The notes beneath the pieces were generated by a model, which did not search any database, was not told where the DNA came from, and saw nothing but the letters and a program-made list of their open reading frames with translations. The position numbers and the translations under genes are program-made. A stretch of 64,000 bases of DNA, taken from positions 31,744,001 to 31,808,000 of the forward strand of contig NC_043003.1 in assembly GCF_006345805.1 (NCBI RefSeq), given 5' to 3'. The stretch comes from Octopus sinensis. Its lineage: Eukaryota. Shown here piece by piece: positions 37,816-55,320 of the stretch. Position 1 is the first letter of the stretch. Every line of letters starts with the position of its first letter.

Positions 37816-39204
37816 CCAGCTTTTCATTGAAATTCTCTTAAGAGCAAGAGAAAAGATTATATGCCATGAAACTTTTGCGAAGCCCTATACAGGAAAATAT
37901 ATCCTTGCAGATATTTCGACAAATGCTCGTTCCTCGACGTCGCTTAATTACACCTTTACTACTTATGTTCTACAAATCGGCATGAGTATCACTATATGTG
38001 TAGTTCTTGCTCAAGATACAGGTTTGAGTTTCATTCAATTCAAAGTGCTAAAAAAAAAGATATTAGATGTCTCGGAGTTTAAGATCAATTAGTAAACTTA
38101 GAATCAATTAGTAAGTTTTCAATTAAGAAATACACACCATTAGATAAATTACTTAGTTAATAAAATAAAACCAAGGCAACACAAGTGTTTCTATCATCAG
38201 AGAACAAGCCGCAACCACATACGCACATACAAAACGATATGAACAAAGACACCTTCACAGGTATGCACATGGACATACACATTACGGATGCAGAAAAGTA
38301 TTTTGCACTTATACACGTATTTATGCATTCACACCCGTACGTAAGCACTCACAGACAACCGCATACACAAACACTTAGGTATTTACAAACGCACATATGC
38401 ACGTGCGTACGCGTGGAAATTAACAACTGTTGTGGTGTTTCAGAAAATAGACAAAACCAGAAGAAGTAATAAATTGAAAGTTAATGCTGCAAACCACGAT
38501 ATACAATGTTCTTAACATAACTAACTCACAAGTCATTAACAACTAATTTAAAAACATACTTAAGTAACACAAACACAAGACAAAAGTTTAGTAAGACCTC
38601 TAATGTTACTGACTGCAATAATGACTCCTAACTTTGGTGGAACGCAACAAATCTTAGTTGATTGGATTAAAGTTTCGAAGAAATTCAATTTGAACTGAAA
38701 ATACTGAGTGACAAAATTAAAATTTGTAATAGTGAATACGGTTGTTCCTATCTGGTCACTCAACTTGCTAGAAATGGTCGCCAGTTGCCTCTCAGGTGTC
38801 TCACTACCGCAATAGAAACTTATGAAGGTATAGAATATTAAGGTAAAAAGTAGTTATGACCAATGACCACATCATCACCAACAGCCGTTCAAGAATTTGG
38901 ATCTGGAGATCTTCATTTCCAGTGACTTGGAGGGCCACCTTCCAGTGGTGTCGGACGTCAACGAAGAGCCCTCGACTACAACAAGACAACCAAAGTTGTT
39001 TTTTCCAAGATGTGGGGTCTCCCGCCCCGAAGCCCTAGACCATCACCTAATCACCCTTACCCGTCTTGTTGGTTAACAACAACAACAACAATCATCACCA
39101 ACAGCGCTAACAACAATAGGGACATCAACAAAAGCCTCACCTTCCCTCGATAAAGTTATTTAGATCGGCGACAACTCCAGCGTTATTCATAACAAAGTTA
39201 TAAT

Positions 39205-39375
39205 AATTTCAAATTTTGGCACGAGACCAGCAATTTTGGGGAAGGATATAGGTCGATATCATCGACCCCAGCACTCATCCCAGAAGGGGTGAATGGCAAA
39301 GTCAACTTTAGCGGAATTTAAAGTCAGAAAGTAAAGACGGACGAAATGCCGCAACATTTTTTCCCGTTGCGGTAA
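39205..39375 (-). mobile_element. Degenerate tRNA-derived SINE fragment
   Basis: ATCGACCCCAG..GGCAAAGTCAACTTTAGCGGAATTTAAAGTCAGAAAGTAAAGACGGACGAAATGCCG matches the SINE type at 40.3 kb. Confidence 0.6.
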
Positions 39376-39402
39376 TAATATGATATAATAAAATACAATA
39401 TA

Positions 39403-39690
39403 ATATCACGTGATCGACCAATCTGTCAGATGTTGTTATACATCACTGGTCACAATGCGCGTTGCTTCGTTTTATGTGTCGAATGAGACCACCCTGGTGG
39501 CTAAACGTGCAGGCCAACATTCCTCCTGATCAGAAGGCTACTCAATCGTAGCGATACACATTAATAGATGAGTTGACTGTTGCAATGTAAGATGATGTGT
39601 TTTGCTAAAGAAAACAACCAGTTGGAGAATCGAAATTACAATTCCGAAGTTGTGAGTGTAACGTGCCTAACCGCTAGGATACGTGGCATT
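39403..39690 (-). mobile_element. tRNA-derived SINE related to the 48.7 kb copy
   Basis: Shares the 3' block GCATTGTGACCAG(T/C)GATGT..AACAACATCTGA..GGTC..CACGTGAT and a degenerate tRNA-like head at about 39590-39690. Confidence 0.65.
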
Positions 39691-40291
39691 ACATGATAAT
39701 GTATTATCGGGTCCTATAGTTAAAGTAATAAGTTGCTGACCGCCCGGCTTTCATTATAACACACCACACGGCACAAGTCCAGTTGGAAGAATAATGAAAA
39801 TCGCGTAAACTCATGCGTCACCCCTATAATTTTCAGAAGGCTTTTCCTGAGTTCATACTCCCAGTAAGCATTTCTGCATCAATATATTCAATTTTACTAA
39901 TTTCCAAGGGTGACAATTATCTTGGCGAAGGCATCAGTTGGAAAGAAACTCTTTGACTAACATTTACCATAAGATTTTAATTCCTATTGTTGAGTGTAGA
40001 GGAATCACAATATGATGTAATGTTGCCAAGAAAGTTCTATAAATGCCTTCTTTTCAGATTAGTCAGGTGTCATATTTGACTCGTCCATTTAATTCACCTA
40101 TTTATTCAATCAATGCCTGTTTCATTCAACTCACATACGATTGTCAGCCTGTCTAACTTACATTTTACAGAAAATTGTTTCGATTAGAAAATGATACCGT
40201 CTCAGCCTCAACGCTAAAATGCTGCTGTATCTGATACCTAATGCACATATAATTTCTTGTTAATATAAATCAATGTTTAATATAAATATAT

Positions 40292-40524
40292 TTGTTTTTT
40301 ATTACCCACGAGGGGCTAAACATAGAGGGGGAGCAACAAAGACAGACACACGGATTAAGACGATTACATCGACTCCAGTGCGTAACTGGTACTTAATTTA
40401 TCGACCCCGAAAGGATGAAAGGCAAAGTCGACCTCGGCGGATTTTGAACTCAGAACGTAACGGCAGACGAAATACGGCTACGCATTTCGCCCGGCGTGCT
40501 AACTGTTCTGCCAGCTCGCCGCCC
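40292..40524 (-). mobile_element. Full-length tRNA-derived SINE with 18-bp TSD
   Basis: Head GGCGGCGAGCTGGCAGAACAGTTAGC with B-box-like GAGTTCAAAATCC. TSD TGTTTAATATAAATATAT at 40274-40291 and 40525-40542. Confidence 0.92.
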
Positions 40525-42183
40525 TGTTTAATATAAATATATGTGATAGAAATATGTGTTCATTTTTAATGTTTAATCTCGACGTTTTCTTTTCTTAAGG
40601 TAATCTCGTTCTAAGGGTGTATATCCTTGTGGATAATTCAGTTAGGGACGCATATTCAACCGTTTTAAATAAGATAGGATGCATTGGATATGTGGTGCGC
40701 AATGCTTGCAACCTGAAAAGAGTTAAGTTTGGTGCTGCTATGTGCGAGGGATTTGATTAGTACGATCTACTCAATCTTGAAGGATAAAACTATATGAACA
40801 AGAACCTTTCTTCAAAGTGTTACATTAACGAGGTGTCTCTTTCCATAGTGTTTGCAACTTAATCGACTGGCTATGTTTTTATCTATTTGCAGTAAAATAT
40901 CTTCGCAGAGTAAAACACTATCAGCAAGAGAATTACGATGCTTCAGTTAAATATTTCTTCAAACTAATCCAGATGTGAACCTATATAAACCATTCAAGAG
41001 TAGACGATTGCATTCATTCTGAAACACTGACCAAATGCGGAGGCTTCCACAGATCTCAACATCGACAAATAAAAGTAATTGACATCTGAACTAAAAAAAT
41101 TAGATTCCGTTTTAACGTAAAATACTGACGAACAGTACCATAGAAACTAGAATACATCTAGGATAGCTATTGTCTACGATGGTAAGAGCCGCAGAACTAT
41201 CGATTTATAGAATCCAGTATATAACTTATAAAATCTCGGTTTTTAAACTTATCGATGAATAAGCATGTCTGTGTATAATTCGCTATGTTTTACAGAAAGT
41301 GCGCACGCATAAGTTACACTTCTCAGAGCGCTATATGTTTTGTTGTTTTAATGTTCTAAGAGATGGTGGCGGTTGTTACTTTTCTTTAATGTTGATTTTC
41401 AATTTGAAAGTAATTTGGTCGAAAATAATTTTCTCAAAATAACTATTAAAGATACAATTGAATTTGTAAAACAAGACTGGGTTATAAAGAATATATTAAA
41501 TCTAATTTCTCTTTTAAAACCGAAACGCACCAGGCTACATCTTATTAATCTCACCAGAGAAATAGGTTCATTGCATATAGTGTATGTCAAGGTAAATTTA
41601 ATGTTGTGTTAGAATTATTTCAGCATTCTTATCTTGCTCAGTTTTATATTTAAACATTTTTCTTTATCATTTTACGTTCTTGCGTTTATATTCAAAGAAA
41701 CAGTAATACTCCGTTTGTATACATTATAATTTTATAAGGTGGTAATTAAAAACAAATATATCTTTGTTCTTCTACATCCCTCTCGTTTTTCTTTCTATTT
41801 CACTTTCTTCACACCTCTATCTCACTGCTTCTCCAACTCACTCTCACTCTCTCTCTCTCTCCCTCTATTTCTGTCACATTATCGCTCAGTCGAGAAAACG
41901 TACGTATGTGTGCTTATGTCCCTCTAGATATTCTGGTATTTATTTACTATATTATATAGGATATAAATTAACTGTTCCCTTATAAATGATGATTAAATTC
42001 AGAAATAATGTATTTGTTGAATATATTTTAAGTGAATATTTAATACCCTTGTGTAATTATATTCTGAAGAACGCATATCACTCTATAAACGAAATAACGA
42101 TAAATACACTCACACACACACACACAAACAAATGATGGTGTAATAAATAGCTAACCAGGTTTCAGCATAGAAAGACCAATAAA

Positions 42184-42249
<66 letters not shown>

Positions 42250-43479
42250 TAAACACACACACGAACACACTCATATATATATATTTCTTTTGCTTCAGCT
42301 CAGAGCTGCGGCCATGCTGATGCATCAGTCTATTTGACTAGTTTTTTTTTTCTTCCCGTTAGACCATTGGTTGTGAGAAGTAAGTAGTAACAGTACTACA
42401 GAGTCAAATCTATTTGCCAACGTAAAGTGGCAGTCTTGATTAGGAAAACATCTTTTCAACCTGGCTAGTGACGCATAACGGCGTCTTTTGGATTACAGAC
42501 GAGTGTATGTGGAAAATAATGGAGTAGCAATCTCGACATTTACATGGATTAAGATGTCGTAGATCCGACTGTAGATCTTCGTATAATTAAAATTATCTGT
42601 TTCATAAAGACACCCATTTAATTTTCAACATGACTGTCCTTAAGCAAACATGGAATATTCTCAACGAAAACTTCCATGTTCGCCCGGAAGCGCACGACCA
42701 TCACATTGGGAGGTATATGTAATGTTTTAGAGGACAGCTGCCCAACGGATATGAATGTGCCCTCAAAAGATCAAGAAAGATGCAGAATATTTTTGGTTAA
42801 TCAATGTGGAAATGACAGCTCTTGCAGCCTGACTATAAATGTCCTTTGTACCTCTCATCATAGAAGCATTAGTCTATGTACCACCAAATTTACACAATTT
42901 ACACAAAAACCTCGAAGAAATATCAAAAGAAACTTTCGAGGATTCTTCCAATCCAATCTGATAACAGCACAATAAAGATTTGTAAGACACTCCATAGATT
43001 CTCCATCATAGATTCTTTGGCCGAACAGATGAACACACTTAGGTGTGTGCCTAAACAGCTCAATCAGCACATCAACTCAACCACGTATTTATAAACATCG
43101 GGAACTCTCTTAACTGAAAAAAAGTCACTTTGTTAGCGTCCGGCTTGAACTCTCAGGGATAAAACCCAAAGAAATATGCAAACATACGCGCATATATACG
43201 CGCATACGGTCGCAGATACACATGCACACGCACACACACACCCACACTCATATATATAAATACACGTATTCATGTATAAATTCTCTGTTACTAATATCTT
43301 CAAAAGGATCCGTTGTACTGATACAATGCTTGGACACATCAGCAGTGTTGAATCTTGAAGTCAGTGAGTGTTTCGTGTGTTACAACATACATCCAGGTAA
43401 TCGGATCGGGATTGATAGATCCTAGCTCAGTGTCTGCAAGAATCTTTCTACTTACCCATTAACATTTTTCAGTCAAGAC

Positions 43480-44533
43480 TTTATAGTTGTTTCTCAGTCC
43501 CCTTTGCACTGTTCTTCATGGCTTTTCTACTGCAAACCCCTTCAATGCCCTGAATGCATTGGTGCTTATGTGCCAAAAACGGATTTCAGGTCATCACCAT
43601 CATTGAAAGAATTTGGCAAACTTCAAGATAAATGGTAATCTAATGGTGCACGGTCAGGGATATTTTTGTCGACTTAGCAAAGACATGTGTAGACTAGTGT
43701 TTACGATTTGCCAGTTTTAGCCGTTTTTCTTTGATTGCGTCATCCAGTTACATTAGTTGTTGGCAGTAAACATCGGAATTGATCTTGATTGTTTGGTTCT
43801 ATGGAAGCAGCTCAAAATACACATAATCTTTTTAATCCCACCAAATTGACAGCATGACCTTTTTTGATGTAATTCAACTTTCGATGTGGTTTATGCTGCT
43901 TCATTACGCTTGGAGAACGATCGTTCCCGATTGATGTTATTGTAGACAATCCAATTTTCACCACCAGTGATTATTCGTCTCAAAACAAGATCGATTTCAT
44001 TGCGTTTGAGATGCATGTCGCAAATATTGATTCCTTGTGTAAGGTAATCTGTTTCAATATATGTGGAACCCAAATATCGAGCTTCTTAACGGGTCCAAAA
44101 CATTTTCAATTGTGTGTGATACATCTAACCTCTCAGCAATTTCTCGCACTGTTATATGATTAGGTCATCATCAGCTTCAGTAGGTCAACCAGAACGTTGG
44201 TCATCTTTGAGCGAATTATCTCCAAAATGGAATTTTTAAACCATTTCTGTTAAGCAATCAACACCATAAACTTTACATATCTCTTTGTGAGCCTCAGCAG
44301 CTTTCTTGCCTTTACAGAAATAAAAAAGAAAAATGTTCGTTTTTGCACTCCATATTAAAATGGACACTGAACTAGAAGTTCTAAACAAAATTTCGCACAA
44401 TTTGCTTTTAAAATAAGCTAAAAGTAATTGCTATCAAATATCAAAAGGAGCAAAATTATGACATTGACAAAAGTCATTCAGAAAACTCGTAACTCTATTT
44501 GCGACAAGCGAAATTACTTTCTTTCCAACACAG
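43480..44533 (-). mobile_element. Mariner (DD34D-type) relic
   Basis: Left TIR-like CTGTGTTGGAAAGAAAGTAATTTCG after TA. KRNEIDLVLRRIITGGENWIVYNN, KKVMLSIWWD, FELLP..INSDVYCQQLM*LDDAIKEKR. Confidence 0.85.
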
Positions 44534-44599
44534 TATATATACGTCTTAATAATTCTAAAATGTATGGAGACTTGTATACACAGAGAATTTATTTTATAT

Positions 44600-47680
<3,081 letters not shown>

Positions 47681-48497
47681 TGAGTTACCTGAAGATTGTC
47701 TTACCTATCACGTTGAAAAAAAATCTGGGACTACATCATCACAGAGAAAGCTAAGTGTGTTGACTTGACAGAGAAGTCATTTTGCTGCACTGCAGCAGAG
47801 AATTTCCCGCTGATTCTCACAAAGGGATTGTAAAACCCACTTGTCGAGATAAATAATCTACGCACAGTTATTCACTACCATTTCGTGATAGGAGATAAGT
47901 GGTTATATCTCGAGTGAGGTACAACGATGTGTTCTAAACATGACATGAACAAATTTGAGCTTCATAACATTAGTTGTTAACTACAGCATCGGAAAATAGA
48001 AATTAGCAAAGGAAAACAAATCATTGTCGATATTACGAACTGTCACGTTTCATAGACTCATGCATCATCGACTATTGATATATCGCTCATGAAGATGATG
48101 AAGATTGTGGCCATTGTGGTGGTGATGGTGGTGGTGTTGCTGCTGCTGATGATGATAGTGATGATCGTGATAAGTATGATGTTAGTGATATCTATATACA
48201 CATACGAGAGCGCGTGAGTGTGTTAGTGTGCGTAAGTGTGTATGCCGTAGTATGAATAGAAATGTAAGGTGAAATTATGAAAGAGATTAATATTATAATA
48301 CAGTTACACACGCGCACACAGTCGGGCACGCCAACACAGATATATGCATGTATGTAAGTACGTATGTATGTATGTATGTATGTTTGTATGCATGTATGTA
48401 TGTATGTATATATGAATGTGTATGTATATATATACGTGTATATTATGTGTTTGTTCGCGTGTATGTTTATCTATCTATCTACCTATCTATCTCCCTT

Positions 48498-48545
<48 letters not shown>

Positions 48546-48640
48546 CGTATATATTCATTTATACTTACATATGTTTGTTTGTATGTATGTATGTATATAT
48601 TTATGTATGTATGTATATATATATATAATATATATATATA

Positions 48641-48687
<47 letters not shown>

Positions 48688-48688
<1 letters not shown>

Positions 48689-48964
48689 GAGGCGCAATGG
48701 CCCAGCGGTTAGGGCAGTGGATTCGCGGTCGTAGGATCGCGGTTTCGATTCCCAGACCGGGCGTTGTAAGTGTTTATTGAGCGAAACACCTTAAAGCTCC
48801 ACAAGTCTCCGGCAGGGTGGGGGGTGATCCCTGCTGCATTCTTTCACCACTCTTTCTTTCACTCTTTCTGCAGCGGGGTGGCGTCATTCGAAGGCTAAAA
48901 CAATGCGAACGCATTGTGACCAGCGATGTGCAACAACATCTGATGGTCTAGTCGGTCACGTGAT

Positions 48965-48972
<8 letters not shown>
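48688..48972 (+). mobile_element. tRNA-derived SINE
   Basis: A box TGGCCCAGCGG (48698-48708), B box GGTTTCGATTCC (about 48741-48752), and a tail of tandem CACGTGAT. Flanked by (TA)n on both sides. Confidence 0.88.
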
Positions 48973-49006
<34 letters not shown>

Positions 49007-49118
49007 GCACGTGTGTGTGTGTGTGTGTGTATGTGTGTATATATTTGAGAATAAATACGAAAATTTCGAAATATCAAAATGTTATCTCGAAATAAAATAT
49101 CGTTGCTTTGAATTTAAT

Positions 49119-49148
49119 ATTCCTCGTTGACTTCCACTAACATACACA

Positions 49149-49187
<39 letters not shown>

Positions 49188-49231
49188 TACATACATATAT
49201 ACATACATACATATATACATACATATATAAA

Positions 49232-49296
<65 letters not shown>

Positions 49297-49326
49297 TAAA
49301 TGGATTAGTGGAAGTCAACGAGGAAT
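49119..49326. repeat. Perfect 22-bp inverted repeat enclosing a compound microsatellite
   Basis: ATTCCTCGTTGACTTCCACTAA (49119-49140) and TTAGTGGAAGTCAACGAGGAAT (49305-49326). Confidence 0.92.
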
Positions 49327-50040
49327 GTGTGTGTGTATATATATACATACACTAACAAATATAAATAAAGAAAACGTTGTAAAAAGAGGCAAATTCATAT
49401 GATAACATTTTAGTGAGCAGGGTCGAAGAAGTTCTACAGATAAAAACTCAAACGAATTATATTTCATTTTATCTGTGATGTGTTTATATGATATTCAAAA
49501 TAGACGGTTCATTATTGTAGTTTAAATTTAGGCTGGATTATTTCGCAAAAGATAATCGTGAATAATAAGTATTAAAATAGCTGTTTTATTGTTGTTGTTA
49601 TTGATGTCGCTGTTCTTCTTGGTGTTGTTGTTGTTTTTCATTCCCAATTTTTATATGAACGTGTAGAGATCAATACTTTTCCTTTCTTCTTCACTGAATG
49701 TATTATATTCGAAATCTCAGAAATGATCGCTTCGAGTGTTTTATCAAGCGAATACCAAGCGAACACGTGTACATTTCTATGTATGTAAACATGTAAATAT
49801 AATACATGCATATATACAAACACACTCATACACACGCGCACACACAGGCACACAGGCGCGAGCGAAACACAACATACACACACGTCTATATGTATGTGCA
49901 ATGATTGAGTGTGGTTGTGTATGTATGTATGTTTCATGTTATTTCACTATTATAATTAGGTTTACACACACACACACACACACTTATATATATATATATA
50001 TATATTATATTTATATTTATGCACACACACACACACACAC

Positions 50041-50077
<37 letters not shown>

Positions 50078-50152
50078 GTAGATATATAAATATAGATATA
50101 TACATATATATGTATATGTATGTACACACATCTACACAGACCGTCATATATG

Positions 50153-50195
<43 letters not shown>

Positions 50196-50516
50196 ATTGT
50201 GCCTGTGTGTTCGTTTCTATCAATCAGTTTGATAACTAGCCACGAAGAACTGAAGCAGCAACACACGACAGGTTGCGGCAGTAGTGATTTAGCTTCTGCC
50301 CGACCTTAAGCAAAGAAATGTAAACTCCAAGTAACTTCAGGAACTGCTCCTCTACTAGATTTAGTTTTATAGTCAAACAATTCCCTGTCCTTCCTTAGTT
50401 TACTATTTATTACTATCTAATGTGTTATGAGAAATCCGGTTATCATTTCCAGTTCTACTTGACACAAAGTCGTTTTGTAATATAATTTTCCCATCTTTTC
50501 CTCTCATTCTGCCAAC

Positions 50517-50560
<44 letters not shown>

Positions 50561-50924
50561 CGATGAAAGAGACACAGATAGATCACAGTTCAACATGGAA
50601 TTTTAGTTAACGGACCTGTCACAATAGCATTCTCTGAAATATAGGATACCTTTGAAAATGTAAAAGTCGATGTATGATGAAAGCGGTGGCGGGGACCTTT
50701 TGATGTCAGATCTGCTTAATCAATGTTTTGCATAGAATTAAACAAATGCGATGCATAGTCTTAGTCTGTGCAGATGTCCAAACACTTTATATTTGTTAAC
50801 AGCTGTTCTTCAATCAATTATCTCACAAAGCAACGCATGGTATGGGTCGAAAAAGCCAACGTTCCTCTATCAATTTGTCCCACGAATTCAATATGTATAT
50901 ATTCACTGTGAATAAATACTCGTT

Positions 50925-51070
50925 TGACTGTGTGGTAAAGAGTATTTCTTTGTAGCCACTTGATTTCAGGTTCAGTCTTACAGGGCGAGTCCTCGAGGAG
51001 ACAGCTCAAGCTAAACTCCTGGGCCGACGAATCGACTAATACCTTGTGGGTAAATATGATGGATGTTGTC
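50925..51070 (+). mobile_element. Highly degenerate SINE
   Basis: GTGTGGTAAAGAG..GGTTCAGTC..GGGCCGAC..CCTTGTGGGT order of blocks resembles a tRNA-SINE head plus core. Confidence 0.35.
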
Positions 51071-51181
51071 CTATAATTCCACACATCCTTGGCTTTGTTG
51101 TCTCATTTCATTTAACACACACACACACACGTATATATATGTATATGTATGCATGAATATATACATACATATATATATATG

Positions 51182-51273
<92 letters not shown>

Positions 51274-54200
51274 GTATGTATGTATGTACATATATCCACA
51301 CACAGACTCAGAATTGAGATTATATATATCTCACTTGTGGTGAAATCTTACCTTAAATTGAAAATCTTACTGACATTGTTGTAATGTTAACTTTTCACAT
51401 TTACAGATGACAACAAAATGTACGAGGAAGGGATAATTTATAATGCATTATCCAACCTTGTTTGATTCGTAACTATAACTCAAAGAAGTATAAGTAGATA
51501 GCATCAAATCATACTAAAGGGTCATCTCAACCTATTTATAGTATTTAATACGGATCAGGTTTTTATATTACAAATGATTTCGTCATTATAACTCACTGCG
51601 GTAAATGCATTAAGGGTCAGCTTAGCTACCATTGTTCTTCTTCTCTGAGCATGAAACAATGACAACACCGAACGCTATTATTTATTAGACTCCATCGCCC
51701 CAAGTATGGTCTTTACTTTTGTCTATTGGCATTGTGTCAATGAAACTATTATACAGAATATTGGGAAATCCAATGGTGCTCTGAAAATTGATTATTTAAA
51801 TGTATTTTAGGCTGGCATTGTAACACTGCAGGCACTTGCTGTCATGCAATAAAATTAATCATTTGAAATAATGAGTGTAGTAGAGAAAGTTTCATATTCC
51901 ACGATCGCCAAATCTCCGATGCGATTTCTCTTGATGATGATGACAATACTGTTCTTGATAAATAACGATGTCACAATTCTGTTCTTAATTTCTCCATCGG
52001 AATGTTTTAGTTTTTATACCTAAGTAAAAAAAAACAGTGGGAGCTAAATAGACTCTTCGGTTTCAAGTAACTGTTTACTCATAACTATTTCATTTATGAT
52101 GGGTAATCCTTAAAACGCACGAGAAATTGATCAATATTTATTATTCTTCTACTGACTCGAGGTTCTTGCATCTTGTTAAAGAAACAACGGCCACGAATTG
52201 AGAGTGAGTTATTGTAACGTACTCCCTCTCTAAGAATGTATAGGCCGTATTACTAATATACTATCAACCTCTCAGTACTCCGGAATTCCCTCTCTGATGG
52301 TCTCTGTCTATATCTATGGGCTGGCAACTACTCAAGAAAAACATCAACCTCTCAAGCTTTACTGTTCTTGGACGGCCCACAATGTCACATACATATTGTT
52401 CACTTGAGCATAAGCTTGTCATAAATAGATGTTTAATACAGCTTTTACACCAGGTTTAATTGTGTAGTTATAGATGGTCTAATACTGAAATTACATCAAG
52501 CTTAATATTGTAGCTACCTCAGGTTTCAAGTTGTAGTTGAATGATCTTTCATAATGTTGTTAGGCCACATTCTATATTGTAGGTAGATTATCTTTAATTA
52601 TGTATTTAAAATAGATATAGCAGGTTTAATATGATGTTAAATCAGAATTGCTATTCCGCGGTTCTATACTCTAGGTTATGTGCAATCGCTTCAATCTTGT
52701 CTCCTGCCATGAATTAATAATACCAATTTATGACAGCTCAAGCCCACGCAATACTTTGAACTCGCAAAAGCGGAGAAGATAAAGATGTGTAGTTAAGACG
52801 TTCGTTGTACAATAAGGTCGTCTGCATCGATCCTATTTTACAAAAGCTTGACAAAATATTTTATAACCTCGAGTTCACCGATATCGCCAATATCTTTAGT
52901 CAAATGCATGATATAGAACTGAAATTAAACACTTACTAGAATGATGACTAGAAAGACGAATTCTTCCTCGTGTTTTTTAATGAAGTTTAAATCTACTGTG
53001 ATTAAGTTATTAAGCGTTGTGTATATATCTTAAAATCTGTCACCATATTTGAACAACTTTTCTGTAACTAGTCGGTTAAAATCCTCGCATTAGATTCTGC
53101 CACAGCTTTCGTTATTTGTGATGCTACATTGATGCATATCTGGATATTGATGTGCATATGAAGATATATATATTTACTTTTGATATCAGCGATAGTGAAA
53201 ACTTGCTCAACAGCAAGTAAATTTTAGAAGAAAAATATCATAAAATAACGTATTTCAGTAAGCTTGCTCATTATTGACAGATATTATCAGTGAGAGAATT
53301 GCATTGTCATTTAGAGAAATTAAAAACATCTCAACATAAATCTTTGTGGATTATCTCACAATTGCAATTCTTCACATAGTAAATCATCCCACGCGATTTC
53401 TTTTACGTTACAAGTATCATTAACTAATTGTTCTCATATATTCTTGACACCTGTCCACCTATTCATGTTTTCACATTATCAACTTCGCTTTCAAATTTAT
53501 TTTAGTTTCCTAATGTTTTTCCCTTTATCCCTTCGTGGTTGAGAGAATTAGCTGAAGATTACATTTAGAACTTCAAATTAAATAATTTATACTGACATTA
53601 ACAATACTTAAAGTGTTAGTATAATCCGGAAAAATTAACTAATGCATTAATTTGTTGAAAGCTAATCTTTTCCAGCAGGAACGAACGACAAACTGTCATG
53701 GAAAGTTAAATAGCAACGTTAAGTTTATATTATCAATGTATGTTATTTTCTTATACTTTGGACTTGTTACAAATGCTTATCTAGCTAGTAAGCAACCTAT
53801 TTATTTGACTATAGCCTGTCTGTTTGTGAATATCACTTATTAATAATTAGTCTTCTTCGGAAAGTCCGCTGAATGGTATTACAGCTTAATGTTGAGAGTA
53901 ACTATCAATTTTTCCAAATAAAAATAACAAAAAAACCCCAGTTTACTAGACTTTGAGCGTATGTAGTGGATAAACGCAGATACGCAGATACGCGCACACC
54001 CACACACAAATATATATAGATATGGATTTCCATACATACATATATGAATGCATAAGTATGTGCATATTATATATATTATAAATGCAGGTGCCGAATGTGA
54101 GGAGAATCTAGGGAAAACATGTCACATACTGTAATCATAAAGGTAGCATTGTTAGGATGAAAACAGAGAGATGTACGTGAGGGATGCTAAATGGACTTAA

Positions 54201-54313
54201 CTGGCGGGTCATAGTCTGAATGAAACGGTGCTTTAGCGTGAGAGGTCCAACATAAGTCCTTTCCTACATACATCTGTGTAAGTGTTTGTTTGTGTGTGTG
54301 TGTGTGTGAGTAC

Positions 54314-55320
54314 TATGAGGTCCGACTGAAAGTTTGACACGCTAACTATGAACGATGAAGCTAATATTGTGACATTTTACAGGTATTAATTTCAGCTCTC
54401 CTTCCTTTCCGGTAAATTGATATTTGACTGTTCAAAAAAGAGTGCAAAAATAATCAGTAGCGATTTCTCATGGAAGTCGAAAAAAATTAGCTTTGTGGTG
54501 ATATCAGGTACCTACAGGAGAGGGATTTAGCTCCCATCGACATTTATGGTGACATTATTTGTTTCTTTATTACCCACAAGGAGCTAAACATAGAGGGGAC
54601 TAACAAGGACAGACAAACGGATTAAGTCGATTACATCGACCCCAGTGCGTAACTGGTACTTAATTTATCAACCCCGAAGGGATGATATGCAAAGTCGACC
54701 TCGGCGGAATTTGAACTCAGAACGTAACGGCTGACGAAATACGGCTACGCATTTCGCCCGGTGTGCTAACGTTTCTGCCAGCTCAAAGGATGACACTTCA
54801 GCTTTATCAAAAAGTGGAGAAGAGGAGCAAGTCTTTATGATGACGCAAGGTCTGGATATCCTGCAACTGTCATCACCGAGAAAAACCATGATCTTGTTAA
54901 CCACATGCTGCTAAATGACAGGTGATTCAAACCCATAAGACTAAATGCCCTGGAAAAAATACGAAACAAGTCTTATTCCACTAAGGTAAGGTTCCAGCAC
55001 ACAAGTTCTTGGTTCCAATGGTTGCTATGCGCAACATTGTGTTTGTACTAGTTGAATAGCCTCCCTACTCTCCGGATTTGACCCCATCTGAATATCATCA
55101 GTTCCCCTAATGTCAAAAAGCACTTGACTCGGAAGCAGTATCGCAGTGATGATGATGTTATATCTGCTGGTGATGACCTTTCTATGAACGGAATGAAAGC
55201 TTCTTCACAAACGAGATCAATGCATCGCAACGACTATGGAAGAAGTGTGTGGTCCGAAATGGGGAATGTATTGAAAAATAAATGTCATTTGGTCACATTC
55301 CATGAGGGTATAACTATGGA
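54314..55320 (+). mobile_element. Mariner relic with a nested SINE
   Basis: Left TIR-like TATGAGGTCCGACTGAAAGTT, related to the TIR at 28.4 kb. IRYLQERDLAPIDIYGD | SLYDDARSGYPAT; PPYSPDLTPSEY; WKKCVVRNGECIEK*. Confidence 0.8.
54560..54785 (-). mobile_element. tRNA-derived SINE (same family as 40292-40524)
   Basis: Near-collinear with the 40.3 kb copy; B box GAGTTCAAATTCC on the minus strand. Confidence 0.92.

Noticed and set aside
38860-39060. GC-richer open stretch (DLEIFISSDLEGHLPVV...)
   Set aside because: Could be a decayed CR1-type fragment or an exon, but the similarity is too weak to call.
47685-47725. CCTGAAGATTG...GAAA resembling the 21.1 kb hammerhead
   Set aside because: No stem II pairing, no NUH and no stem I.
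48688-48760. tRNA-like sequence with A and B boxes
   Set aside because: It is a SINE head: no proper acceptor stem, and it continues into a SINE body and tail. The same applies at 40.5 and 54.7 kb.
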